From: Octopus sinensis
Lineage: Eukaryota
DNA: 64,000 nt
Direction of reading: 5' to 3'
Assembly (NCBI RefSeq): GCF_006345805.1
Contig: NC_042997.1
Span: 149,606,001 to 149,670,000, forward strand
The notes under the pieces were generated by a model. That model saw nothing but the letters and a program-made list of their open reading frames with translations, searched no databases and was not told the DNA's origin. The position numbers and the translations under genes were made by a program. Below, piece by piece: positions 45,278 through 59,676 of the stretch (the first letter of the stretch is position 1; each line of letters opens with the position of its first letter).

Positions 45278-45974
45278 CATATACATACATGCATACATAC
45301 ATATATATATACATATACATACATACATACATATATACATTCATATATATATGTGTGTGTGTGTGTGTTACTATACACACAGAATAAATTCTCTCCCTGA
45401 TATTGTCCAATATCACAATACACATTATCTTCAGTGCCAATTTTAGTTCAAGAAATAATCAAGAATCAGCAGGATTATATTGATGTCGAAGATTACTGCA
45501 TAGTTGGCATCATTGGTGTGTTAGTTGTGAATGTGTGTGGCAATTCTCTCACATACTTTGAATGTTAAATTCATTCTGATCAATTTAAAATTTCGTACCG
45601 GGTCACGTTTGTAGTAACCTTTCTATATCGATATAGCTTAGGCAATCTATCAATTATTAATTCCCAGAACATTTCTGCATTTCTAACGCATTCCCTATAC
45701 AGTTAATTTTCCAAAATTTTGACATCCACTAATAGTCAACTCCCTCAACATTAAATATCAACGTATCTGGTTGTTCTTATTAAAACAAAATTGTCTGTAT
45801 TATATTTCAATAATGTTTGTGCTCTTCTAGGTTGCAAAAGCGTTAATCGGCAGAATCTTGCTGTTACACTGACGAAATATTTTCGAAAGAGATCTGTTAC
45901 TTCTTTCCCACTTCTCCCCATTTTCCTCAGTGTTTTTCCATCTCATTCTTTTTAGCACACTTATAAAGTATATA

Positions 45975-46150
45975 CCTAAGTACAATTGTTCATGTATAAT
46001 ACAGGAAAGTGTTTATTAAATCGTGCCCCTCCTTTGTTGTCTTGTTCAGTACTCATTGCATTACAGTAAGATTTTGCTAGCAAAAACTCTCCGACGAACC
46101 GCAACGTGAAACTTAGAGTAACAGGTTTTGTTGAATTTTCTGCTGTTTTA
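45975..46150 (+). mobile_element. Probable PLE terminal-repeat remnant with a hammerhead-like motif
   Basis: ACUCU-CCGACGA-ACCGCAACGU-GAAAC-UU-AGAGU at 46086-46119. Confidence 0.5.
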
Positions 46151-46163
46151 AACAAAGTATATA

Positions 46164-46326
<163 letters not shown>

Positions 46327-46695
46327 AGGGAGAGAGAGAGGGAGAGAGAGAGATATAAGTATATGATTCACAATCAAAGTGCAGAAATAGCGTATTACGA
46401 ATGAACAAGGTAATGTAATCCGATAGTAGAAAGAATTCCGTGAATTAGGCTATCCAAAGTCAGTTACAAATCCGGGGTCCGTGTGATCGTGCAGTAAATA
46501 GTAACTTTTAAAAAAACAACGCGAGGACGTGGTGCATGTAAAGGTTTAGCATACGCTCAGGAAAGGGAAGAAAGATGGTTTATCTCTGCTCGATATGTTA
46601 AACCATCTTTCTTTACTTCCCTGAGTGGGTGCTAATATTTTACATGTGCTATGTCTTCGCGTTTGTTTTTTTCTGTGTGTCTCTTCTTCGTTTTT

Positions 46696-46726
<31 letters not shown>

Positions 46727-47148
46727 ATATATATCTTTCGGCTTCTGAGCACCGCCATGACAACAACGATTTTTTCGTCTGCCGTAAGGCATTATTTTCC
46801 AAATACGCCAGCTAAGTTAATTTGAACTGTCTAAAGTCGTAAGACACCTGTTGTTGTTTTTTTCCTGTTATTATTATTATTTTTGTTTTTTGTATTTATA
46901 TCCGTGTGGCATCGTCCGTTTTTCTGTCCTTGTTTCGTATATATTCGACCCTTTTTCCAAGAAATCTAATGCTCGTAGCTTAGTTTTTCCTTGGAGCTGG
47001 CCGGATCGCAGCGATCTCAAGATTAATCAGCCGAAATTGCGAGGATGATCCGGTTCTTGACTGAAGGTTAGAAGCTTCGAATGACCCGTCGTTTTTTGTG
47101 TCGTCTACTTGAATGTTTTGCGCTCTTGTCCCATTTTGTATTTTTATA

Positions 47149-47179
<31 letters not shown>

Positions 47180-47571
47180 GCATGTATATATATATATATG
47201 TATAAATTATATATATATACATACATACATACATACACACACACACACCATATATATATATATAAATTCTATAATTATATAAATATTCATATATATATAT
47301 AATCATATGTATACATATATTATCAACCAATTACATTCAACGTATATCTAGCGTTTAATTACCGGGAGGCTGCCATCTGGCTGTCTGGCGCATTGGGGAA
47401 TATTCCCTCAAAGTGCCGTGTAAGACTGTATCTCCACCGCACTATACGGCAGAAACGGCAAATATTCACTACGATTTAAAGGAGATAAAATACGCAACGG
47501 ATACAAGGGAAGTGTTTGCGAAAAATATTTTTCATAAAGAAACACACACACACACACTCACACATACTGAG

Positions 47572-47626
<55 letters not shown>

Positions 47627-47835
47627 TGTGTGTGTATATGTATATTGGTAAAAACGGTAAGATAACAAAAGAAAGAAAGAGACCTCAATATTATGTAGAG
47701 GAAAGGGCGTTTTTCAGATGGCCAGATAGCCGAAGAGATTGTGATGTGGATTTCCGCCTCGGCATCCGAAACTCAGAGTTTTATCTTGGCTACCGAATAA
47801 TTGTCACATATTATTTTACAGATATATATACATAA

Positions 47836-47936
<101 letters not shown>

Positions 47937-48920
47937 CATCTAGGCGCAGTGTGATACTGTAAGGGACTTATGACGCCGGAGCAACAACATTGCCAGAAAT
48001 AAAATTTAAAAAACTCTTAATGCTGTTGGTAGGCCGCATAGTGTATACACACATGCTTTCAGAGGTCCAACCACCCCATGGCCATTTCGAGGATAACTGG
48101 GGCTATTTTTAGTTTTATCTATGACTGTAGACATATGTGTGTGCATGTGTGGGTTTGTGTTCGTCTGCAGTCAACTGTCTAACAGTTAGTCTTTGTCTTT
48201 TATTTCCGTATATCTTCCATGTGAAGGACTAGTAATTATTTGATTTCCTTTCCTAGGTTTTCCCTGGAATATCGAATTCAGACCTTTGATGTCCTATTTA
48301 TAAACTAAAAGAACAATCACTTTAGACAACGTAGTCCTAGACAGATAATATATGAAATTGTCCCGGACGTTTTACTCATTTCTGAAACACATTTGGTTAT
48401 ATGTTTCTTCTATCAAGCCTAACACAGTTACAGTCATGAATAACATCATAACAACAGTGACAACGCATTATATTCTTTCTAATATGTAAACAATAGAAAT
48501 AAGTTTGAATACAAGATGTTTATCTTGTAAGCTTAACGATATTTATGCCAAATAACTATTTCTCTGATGTTCAGAATGTTGGCAGAGAGATTAAAGGGTT
48601 GAACTAACAGCCTTTTAATATTTAGTTTCTTCTTTGAATTAAAATCGATCCACACCGTGTTCTCTTTTGTGCCTTCTTGGCTTTATGGTAGAAAACAAAA
48701 GGCAGTGATATCTTGTGGTCGACGCATACAAGCGCATGCACACAGATTAAAGAAAGGTAGAGAGGTAGGGAGGGACAGTGAGAGAGAAGGATAGAGTGTT
48801 ACATATACAGAGAGAGAGAGAGAGAGAGAGAATGTTTTTTGATTTAGGCCAAAAATATTGAAGAGATACTGCTTGACTCTACCTTCGTTCAAAGTACTTA
48901 CTTGCCTGGTACTTTATTTT

Positions 48921-49159
48921 CAAGATAAATAAATGCGACCTTTTAAAGCCTAACCAGGCTCATGGGCCCGGTTTCCCGGTTTCTATGGCGTATGCTTTCC
49001 CCAGCTGGACTGGACGCCAGTCCATCGCAGCATTACTGGAGCAACGTAAAATGAAGTGTTTTGCTCAAGAACACAACGCGTCGCCCGGTCCATGAATCGA
49101 AACCACAATCTTACGATCATGATGCTGACATCCTAACCACTAAGCCACGGGCCTCCACA
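48921..49159 (-). mobile_element. Complete SINE family C with a 13-bp TSD
   Basis: TSD ggtactttatttt at 48908-48920 and 49160-49172; tRNA-like head and gcgatggactggcgtcc body. Confidence 0.92.
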
Positions 49160-49848
49160 GGTACTTTATTTTAATTACCCTTAAATGATGATAGCTAAAT
49201 TGATCTTGCTTGAATTGAAATGTACATACACACACACTAACACACACGCATACACACACTCACGCACACACTCTCTCTCTCTCTCTAACACACACACAAC
49301 ACACACAATAATACTATTTGTGATGCTTAGAGGAAATAAGAAATATATTAGTATTGACAAACACAACTAATAGTTAGTTTTAGAATCTTATACATATATT
49401 GTCTCTTCAAAGCTCTATAGAGAGGTTTTAATATTGATTTTTTTTTTAAATATATACTTAAGGGATCTACATAAAATAATAATAATGTAGTTCACTTGAG
49501 CATTTCAATCACTAATATTGTAATTTCTTTCGTGAACGTCAGAGAAATAGTTATCGTATAAATTAGAAAATCATCTTGAGGTAAGAATATTTCATATGCG
49601 AGGAAGGAACAAAGCAGACGTCGACTCCAAAGGAACAAAGCAACCAACACGCATTAACGTCGCTGTGACTCCCAGTGAAACCACTTATAATTCGATAACA
49701 GCATTATACGTTTAATAAAACTTATCTATTTCAAGTATTTGAAAGAGCGTTCTACAAAAGCTATGTATATAGTAGATAGAGGTAGTCTCTTAGTGAAATC
49801 ACGAACACGACCGTATAGACACACGTGCGTGCACTTAAGCACAGTCTC

Positions 49849-50092
49849 ATCTATTATATAAAATCGTTCTGTCTGTGTGTGTCTTCTAGGATCTCGGGCA
49901 TCCTCCATCCGATTGCGCTCAAGTATGATACGTAGATACCGATGGTATCAGGGCGTGTATAAGTCTTGAAAAAATTACAAACATCGATTATAGGTGAGAA
50001 TGCGATCGATAAAGCTGTGGGAGCGTGCATTTGTACGCGCAAGTACATCAGCTGTTGCGATCGATACTACGCGGGCGCGAGAAAAAGTCTAT
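49849..50092 (+). mobile_element. Possible non-autonomous Helitron
   Basis: Starts A/TCTATTATATAAAA (TC 5' end); GC-rich cgcgggcgcg shortly before a degenerate CTAT (canonical CTAG) end. Confidence 0.4.
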
Positions 50093-51588
50093 CTTTATTT
50101 CTTCTTTTGCTGGCGTCTCAAATTTAGGTTAAATCAGTGTTTCACAAAGGGGAGGCCTATGGAACGGTCGGACATTGTTTTGATAAAATTTGGTTTAAAT
50201 GTTTGACAACTCAGCACTGTCTATTGGACGTTGGGCGGGGTTGCTCGTACATATATGTTTAAATATTTGTGTGGGCATATCTACGTGTAAGTGTGCTTCT
50301 TTACTGCGTTCTATACCACACAAAATGCAAATAACAATTTCAAGCTACTCACTATCCACAGACGTTTCAGGTCAGTCACTTCCTATTTATTTCACCTTCC
50401 TTACTGCAACACTGTTGTTGGTAAAATATCATTGCATTTTTATCTAACAGTATGTATACACGTGTATGTATGTATATTATATATAGGAGCCATGTGTAAA
50501 TGTGTATGTGATCACGTGTGTGTGAAAGTTTGAGACTATATGTTTATATGGGTCCTTATGTGTGTATACTGAGAATATTACCAATTCATTAACAATAGGG
50601 CGATTCAAAATGTATTTAACAATCATTAGATTCTAGAAAATGTTGTTTTCAATTTATACTGTTTCCTGAAATCAGAATTTTCAATTTCCATTTAAATCTC
50701 TTTCAGCAGATAATAATATGTGTCTGTGTGTATATATATATATTGTTTGACTCGTCTAGGAGCCCATAAGTCAGGGTGAAGATGCACTCATATAACTGTT
50801 AATAGAGTGGGTACAGTATCCATCATGGCTGGTCAAACCAATCGGTTTCGTGCAAAATATACAATGGAGTGTTAGGCAACTCACCAATTATATAAATACG
50901 CTCATCATAGGTAGTCGACATGGAAGAGAATATGGCGACTACTCTCCACTGCCGAAGGTGGATTAACACGAGGAGACGGCATCTGTTGTAAAAACGTCGT
51001 GATATGATAAAAGGTCCAGGGGATTTTCCTAGGAGTTATGTCCCTTGGTTAGGTATGTTGTGGAGCCAGCAAGAGTCAACATTGTAGTGGGGAATGTTTG
51101 TATTGATAATGTGGTTACTCTGCAGGGATGGGGTGTGTGGTGCGTGTAGCGGTGTTATATGTAAAAAAATTTCTACGGGTGTTATATATAAAAACTTTTC
51201 TAGGGGTGTAGATGTGCCTAGCGTTGTGTTCTTTGTAGTTTTCTTTCTGTAAAGTATAAAGTTGTGGGGTTTTTAATATATATATAAAAATAATGTGTAA
51301 TGTATAATGTATTTCTGTAGCGTTATATGTGTGAAGGGTGCTGCGGGATAGTTAACTGCGTGATGTCCGCCTTGCCTTATGGGGGTGTGCGTATGTGTAT
51401 ATGGGTGCATTGGGACATTGGTGTATATCTTGCAACCTTTTGAGCAGTCGTTGACTCTCAACGAATATTCAATAGGTTGCAAGAGGTAGTAAATATTTTA
51501 GAAAAAATAGATAAGTAAATGAGTGGAAATGAAACCGATGTGTGTTTTAAGTAAACGCACTAAAAGAGAATGACTCCACAAAGAAACA

Positions 51589-51637
<49 letters not shown>

Positions 51638-51949
51638 ATCTATATATATATATATATACTATATATATATATATATATATAAATATGTATATATGTATAT
51701 AGCAGATTATTCTATTTGCTAAAAATTCAGAAACCATGGTCCAGGAAATAGATGGTAAATATTTTTACTTTTCATTCATCCGAGTTTTATATATATATAT
51801 ATATGTGTATATATATATATATGCGCTCGCGCGCCTTGGCGCGCGCTGGGGGCTTGGTCGGCCCCTTGGGCTTGCGTTGTACTGCTTGTGCGTTGTGTGC
51901 GTGGGCGCGCTTCGTGTGTGTGGGCTTGCTTCGGATGTGCGCGTGCGTA

Positions 51950-53480
51950 TGTATGCATACATATCCACACACTCGCATGCATCCCTAACCACATACATAC
52001 ACCGCACACTACTCACACACACACATACACACACATACCTGCACACACACACACACATACCTGCATACACATACATACCTACTTCAGACATACACACACC
52101 AGACATCACCCATACACTCACACTCACACGCATACACACACACATACACACGCACACGTACACTACACACACACACACCAACCTACATACTACATACTTA
52201 CACTTGTACACACACACACTTCCATTCATACACACCACACACCTACCAGCCATACCCACCCTCACTCAGACACACACATCTACCTACACCAACACACAAA
52301 CACACACGGACACACACCCATACATACATACTCAACACACCGCCTACACACATACTACACACATACATTAACACCACACATACACCTATACACACATACG
52401 CACACACACATATACTTAACACATGCACACATACAAACACACATACATACACACCATATACATCCACACACACATACCCACATACTCCTATACGCAATAC
52501 ATACACACACACCACAACAAAAATACACCCACTTACAAACATACACACACACAATACTTACACACACACTCACCTGCACGCGCACACACACATGCATGAC
52601 AAACACCCCATACACTCACACTCACATACGCACACACCAACATAAACACGCACACGCACACGCACACACACACCTACACTCCCCACACACATACACACGC
52701 ACCTACATACACACACGCACGCCCTACACATGCATACACACATACATTACACACACGTACACACACACCTACATACACATGCATACACACACACACAAAC
52801 ATGCACGGACACACCCAGCACATACACACATAACCTATATACACACGCACACAACCTACATACACACACATATACACACGCCCACACACCTACATACAAC
52901 ACATACACGAACACACCATACATACTTACATACATACACCTATACACACACGCCTACACACCTACATACACACACATGCATACACACACACACACATGTA
53001 CGCACACACACACACATATACGCACATACATATATACCCACCCACACATGCACACACACACACACAACATACGCACATGCATGCATGCATGCATGCACAC
53101 GCGCACACCTACACGCATAACACACACACACACGCACGTACAAATACATACATACACACAACGCATACATACACCCATACACATACATGCATCCTACACA
53201 CACATACATACACCTCACACATATACATACACCAACACTCACTCACACACCTGTATGTACGCGCACACACATGCCATACACACACTTCCCACAACCACAA
53301 CCTACATACATACACACTCACACACATACACACACACACACACACACCACACACGGACATACATTATGCACACACATACATACACACATACTCACATACA
53401 TTCATCGGACACACTGCCACCCGGACATACACACAGACACACTCACACATCCACACACATACATACTTACGCACATACTC
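51950..53480 (+). repeat. About 1.5 kb of highly irregular (CA)n/(CATA)n low-complexity sequence
   Basis: Seen directly; source of the spurious 410-aa and 385-aa His/Thr ORFs. Confidence 0.9.
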
Positions 53481-54149
53481 GCAGGCTCGCGCACGCACGC
53501 GCCTTGCGCCGGTTCGCGTACGCATACGCTCCGCAGGCACCTCGCTCTTGGAATCGACAAGACCTCCCGCCCGTTCCTGGGACCGTCGCGTGTCGTTCTT
53601 GGTTTTCCCACGCCCGCCTCCGCGGGACCACTCTTCCAATCTTCCCCTCAGCTGGAGTCCTTTTTCCTAACCCCCCCCTTTTTTCGTTACAACACACGCG
53701 CACACATATACACACATTGCTTAAAATATATACATTACTCTTACACACATATTCAATCTACTCGCCATTTATACCACCACGAACACGGACACACACACAC
53801 ACTACTACTCAACACACGCTGGCACGCTACATACGCCCCCACCCCTTCCCCCCCTCCCTTCTCCTTCCTTCTTTTTCTTACTACTGACCTTTGTTGCTAA
53901 GCTGACCACTAATCTCGCCCTACCTCACACGCCTACACACAACGCACACACTAACACACACATATATATTTTTTTGTTTTTTCATCTCGCCTCACACAAA
54001 CATACAACACACGCACACGCACACACTCACATACACACACATCTGTCTCCACTCTTTTGCCTTTAAAAAAACCCATTGCTCTTTTTCGTAAACATCCGCC
54101 TTTCACACCATGTGCAACTCGTAAACACCAGTCGTCTTTTTTCTCTTTC

Positions 54150-54310
54150 CCTGTTGCCCGCCCTCTGGGATCTTTCTTTCCTCTCTCTTCTTCTTTATGT
54201 TTCCGACGAAGAGCTCGCTCGAAACGTCATACCTCCCTGCTTCCTTTTCCTGAGCGCCTATTAATAATAAACTGTAATTGTTCCATTGTTGTTGTTTTTT
54301 GTTTCCCGTT
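54150..54310 (+). mobile_element. Probable PLE terminal-repeat remnant with a hammerhead-like motif
   Basis: CCGACGA-A-GAGC-UC-GCUC-GAAAC-GUC at 54203-54228; the tail ccttttcctgagcg is homologous to 46600-46626. Confidence 0.55.
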
Positions 54311-54316
54311 TGGATT

Positions 54317-54373
<57 letters not shown>

Positions 54374-54388
54374 GTATGTATATGTATA

Positions 54389-54433
<45 letters not shown>

Positions 54434-54434
54434 T

Positions 54435-54470
<36 letters not shown>

Positions 54471-54881
54471 CACATGCATATGTATATGTATATTCATATA
54501 TATGTATACACACTCTCTCTCTCTCTCTCTCTCTCTTTCTGTACTCACACACATATGTTTATATATATGTTTCTACATATATGTGTATGTCTGGACTTAA
54601 TGAAGGGCAACTCCCTTTATAACGAATATTAACTCCGAAACACGTGTCCACAAGTGTCCACTTGTTCCCTGACAAGCAGATCGCATTTCATTAAATGGGC
54701 TGGTAATTTTCTACAGTTTATCATATACATGTTTATTTTCCTTGCCATTTGAAGCTGCTCCCAATTATCACCAAGGGACTGTTCTAAAACCCCTTGTAGT
54801 AAACAGAATGTTTTTAAATTCTACTCTTTGCCCTTTATATATATGTGTGTGTGTGTGTGTCTGTGTGTGTGAGTATGTATG

Positions 54882-54976
<95 letters not shown>

Positions 54977-54999
54977 ATGTATGTTAACCTTTTAGCTTC

Positions 55000-55395
55000 T
55001 CTTTTATTTGTTTCAGTTATTTGACTACGGCCATCGTGGGGCACCGCTATGAAGGGTTTTAGTAGAACAAATCGATTCCAGGCCTTTTTTCAAGCCTAGT
55101 ACTTATTCTTTCTCTCCCTTCTGCCAAACCGCAAATAGTACGGGGACGTAAACACACCAGCACGATTCTTAAGAAGAGTAGTGGGGGACAAACACATAAG
55201 CGAGGCACACGCGCACACACATACAAACACATGTATACGACATACTCCTTTCAGTTTCTGCCTATCTAATCTACTCGCAAGACTTGGTTCGGCTCGAGGC
55301 TAATAGAGAAGACACTTGCCGATGGTGCTACGCAGTGAAACTGGATCCGGAACAATGAGGGATGGAAGCATGTTTCTTACCACCTACCCCTGCCT
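55000..55395 (-). mobile_element. Diverged SINE family A
   Basis: Collinear with 27553-27975 in reverse. Confidence 0.85.
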
Positions 55396-55645
55396 GTAAA
55401 TACATACACACACTTATATATATATATGTATATATTCTCTTTATACATGTTCTGAAAACTGTTCACAGCCTTTTATTTTTTTATCTAATTTTGTTAATTT
55501 TTATATAGATGCATGCTAATACACGTCATATGTTAGAGTACTCATTCGTATCATTATCGAACCAGGAACTTAACTATAGTCTGTCCATTGCACTTACTCG
55601 GCATTACCTGATACATTTGGGCCTTCTTGACACCAATACCTCTAA

Positions 55646-55676
<31 letters not shown>

Positions 55677-55682
55677 CTCTAT

Positions 55683-55895
55683 ACTTTTTACTTGTTTCAG
55701 TCATTTGACTGTGGCCGTGCTGGAGCACCGCCTTTAGTCGAGCAAATCGACCCGAGGACTTATTATTTGTAAGCTTAGTACTTATTTTATTGGTCTCTTT
55801 TTGCCGAACCGGTAAGTTACGGGGACGTAAGCACACTAGCATCGGTTGTCAAGCGATGCTGGGGGGACAAACACAGGCACACAAACATATACTCT

Positions 55896-55986
<91 letters not shown>

Positions 55987-56075
55987 TTATACGACGGGCT
56001 TCTTCAGTTTCCGACTACCAAATCCACTCACAAGGCTTTGGTCGGCCCGAGGCTATATAGTAGGAGACATTTGCC
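55683..56075 (-). mobile_element. SINE family A, head truncated
   Basis: Collinear with 27553-27975 in reverse. Confidence 0.9.
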
Positions 56076-56761
56076 CATGGTGGATGTAGATATGTACGTA
56101 TTTATGTGTCGATGAACTGTTGGCTTTGTGCATAGAGGAAGTAAAATGGAGTAATATATGCATAGAAGTGAATGAACGGGTAATAAATACATAGAACTAA
56201 TATTTCTTAAAATCGCTTTAGTATTCATCTTAAAAAGCAACATAAAACGAATGAAAATGTAAACATGGGTATAAATGGGAGGACACTATGTTTAGTAGCT
56301 TAAAAAAACTCATTTTCGACATGAAAGATCTGCTTTTAGAATTAACGTAAATGTGTGCGAGTGCTTGTGTTTGTGTTGGGCACTCCTTTTACACATATAG
56401 CTTTGCCCGGTCATAGCTTGTTTTAAACTGGAGTTTATATCATTATACAGTACTTATTATATTACACTCTTTATAATTCTATTTATTTTCGATTGATGTT
56501 TAATATATTATATATTCTTTACATCACTGTTTACATATAAACGCGAACTACGCATAATTACAACCATTTCCTATGCATGCATATACTTACACAGAGGAAC
56601 ACCAACACAGACAAATATACATATACATACACATATTCATACATACATACTTACATACATATGTTTGCGTGCGTGTGTGTGTATGTATATAAAGAGATAG
56701 ATAGAGTGATGAATAAACAGATAGCTGTGTATATATTTATAATATTATTCATATGTGTATT

Positions 56762-56807
<46 letters not shown>

Positions 56808-58465
56808 CATACATACATACATACATACATACATACATACATTTATACACTCACATCCTGACAGATATCTACGAATACACGCAGACACACCCACACATGC
56901 AAACGTACACATGCGCGCGCAAACACGCACACACATACACACACACATATATAGTGAGAGAGAGGATGAATGATGCTGACACATGCAGGCTCATGCGTGT
57001 GTCTGTGTGTTCTATTCATGTTTGTACGCCTCTTTTTTTTTTTAAATAAACGAAAGTGCCCTTCATTTATTAATGACTATGGATTTCCCTAGTAACTTTC
57101 GAGTTGTAGGGTGAATCTTCATTTTCTCTCCTACATTTTATTAGAATCACTACTTCCACGAAACATATTTTCACTTCACCAGTGCACACTGCCCTTCACT
57201 TTAACTAGTCGAGTCCCGTTTCTGAACATTGTAACTTCCCAGCATCTATTTTAAATCGTTTTACTAAACATTTTCATCGCATGATAAAGTGACCTTTTCA
57301 TTCTGCCCTATCGCCCCAACCAATTCGTGAATAGTTTCTACATTTTCTCTCATTACAGTATTTTCGTACTCCCCCACCCATCATTAGTCCTCATTATTTC
57401 TCATTTTACTTTCTTTCGTTTATCAATTTTTTTTTATTTGTCATTTGTTTCATTACTTTTCTTTTAAAAAATTGAAATGATGATTTTCTATTTTCTTTTT
57501 TTCTTTTAGAAAAAGCCACGAAGAACATAAATACCAACATCACCAAGTGTTAGCAAAAATTACGGCCGTAATCTAGCATTCGCAAATTATTGTTTTTAGC
57601 AGTCTTTGTTTTATGTCAATGTAGGCCAATGTAATTATATCTTTTAACTTGTCTCTTTCAGTAGCCTAGTTAAACGATATGCAAGTACCTTCGTGAAAGT
57701 TATAACCGACAGATCAGCGTAGGGCAAGTGTGTATGTTATGTCATATTTATTGTTCAATAGTTACACAAATCCTGTGTCTCAGATTTCTCTCTCCTATTA
57801 TTTTTAATCATTTAGTGCGTATAAGCTAAAGCGTGGTCTCGGGGATTCTGAGTATTGTACATACTGATCAATGAATCCAATATGCGCAAGACTTTTCACT
57901 ACATTCGTCAGCCACTAAAAAATAACATATGTAAACTGTTGAAGCGTATCGAACCTAATTTCCGCTGACAACATTTAATATTTATCCTACGAGCAAATGA
58001 TGAACCCGCTATGTAATGCTCGGCTCGATTGAAGTAGCAGCCAATTTAAACACTAGAGATGTATAGGAAGCTAACTCAGGTCCGAATTTAGTGATCATAG
58101 GAAAACATTGCAATATCTCCGGTACAATATTTTGCCATTCGATCTGAAACACCAACATATAAAAAATACAGCCCGCAGGACTATATTTTCATATAGCATT
58201 TATGTTGTACATTGAAGTGTATTACATAAAAATGTACTTATCCACGGCAAAATAGCTCGACTAGAATTTAAACGACTTACTGTTTAGAAATATAAAGTAG
58301 TTACCATCACTTAAAATGCTAACACGCTGTCAGAAGCCGCGGACATGTACCAACGTCAGCAGTAGCGCTATTCTCCAAGAAAGAATTTTACTGTAATATA
58401 CTGAGAAAATAACAGGTGACTATAACTCACTACCAGTCCATTTATCTATATGTGATATATATTTA

Positions 58466-59676
58466 TTGTGTCATCCCATAAATAATGTAATTTTTTCAAT
58501 TGCATGAACTAAAGATCGAAGGGGGAACGTGATAATCTACGTGCATCAATTTGCTATAAAGTATGTTGTAATTCTACCTTGATACTATCCTTAGTGCAAA
58601 TTTTGAATAGTGTAGTTTAATTTTAACAGTTATTTTTTCAAAGCTATAACAGAAGTCACAAAGGAGCATATACAGCATAATTTGCTTTATGAGTTCATTC
58701 AAGGTAACAACGCAGTGGAACGTGTGAAGAATATAAATGCAGTATATGGGGAACGGAGAGAAAGCGTAAGACAGTAAGGTTCCAGAAATTCTGAGATGGA
58801 AACTAAAGCCTAGAAGACGAGCCTTGTCCTAGAAGATCTGGACGTGCTGCAAAACTTGGTGGAACCAAAATCCATCGTAACTGTTAAGGAACTAGCAAAT
58901 TAGCTTGAATTTGATCATTCAACGATTCATTAATACATGCGTACCATCGGGAAAGTCATCAAATTGGGTCAATGTGTTCCTCACAAAGTTTCCAAGCCTA
59001 ATCGTGCGCAACGAGTGAATGTGTACTCTTCTTTGTTGTCGCATCTCACCAATGAACCTTTTGGGAACCGAATACTGACGGGTGAGAACAAATGGGTTCT
59101 CTATAAAAATGCCAAGCACTGATGACAGGGCTTAGGGACAGAATAAATACCGGCACCCCAGGCTAAAGAAGGTCTTCACCGACGTAAGGTTCTGTTATCT
59201 GTTTGGTGGAACATGAAAGGTTCAGTTCACATTGAACTTTTAAACCCAAACCAAACGATAACAAAGGAGATCTACTGTGAGAATTTAATCTAGCGCTAGA
59301 AGTGAAACGATCAGCTTTAGTTTCAATGTGTTCCATCAGGATAATGCTGGGCCACATACAGTCAAGATGACATTCAAAAGGCTGGAGCAGTCTGAATGGC
59401 AAACGATGCCCCACCCAACATATTCGCCAGATATTGACCATCCATTATTCAAAATAATTTGGGTGGAAAAATATGAATTCTGTAGACGAGGTCAGAACAG
59501 GAGTATTTTTCGTCACGGACAAATGAATTTTGGAAGAGGGGCCTTGCATATCTTCTAGATAGATGGAAGAGCATTGCAGAAAATGAAGAAGAGTATATTT
59601 TAGATTAAAAAAGAACTTTGTTTATCTTAATTTTGAAAAATAAGTATAAACAAGCATTAATTAAGGGATGACACAA
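58466..59676 (+). mobile_element. Full-length decayed mariner DNA transposon
   Basis: TIRs ttgtgtcatcccataaataatg (58466-58487) and cattaattaagggatgacacaa (59655-59676), TA on both sides; KEHIRH.LLYEF, KLGQCVPH, ILTGENKWVLY, LLSVWWNMKG, FHQDNAGPH, PHPTYSPDI; many stops and frameshifts. Confidence 0.93.

Noticed and set aside
51888-53887. 410-aa and 385-aa His/Thr-rich ORFs
   Set aside because: Translations of irregular (CA)n, which lacks stop codons; open in several frames; probably noisy sequence.
54590-54652. Further hammerhead-like segment (ttaatgaaggg...ccgaaacacgtgtcc)
   Set aside because: The core has several substitutions, and stem I and the cleavage triplet cannot both be satisfied.
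57662-57721. Strong acceptor followed by SLVKRYASTFVKVITDRSA
   Set aside because: Short; the acceptor is the only support.
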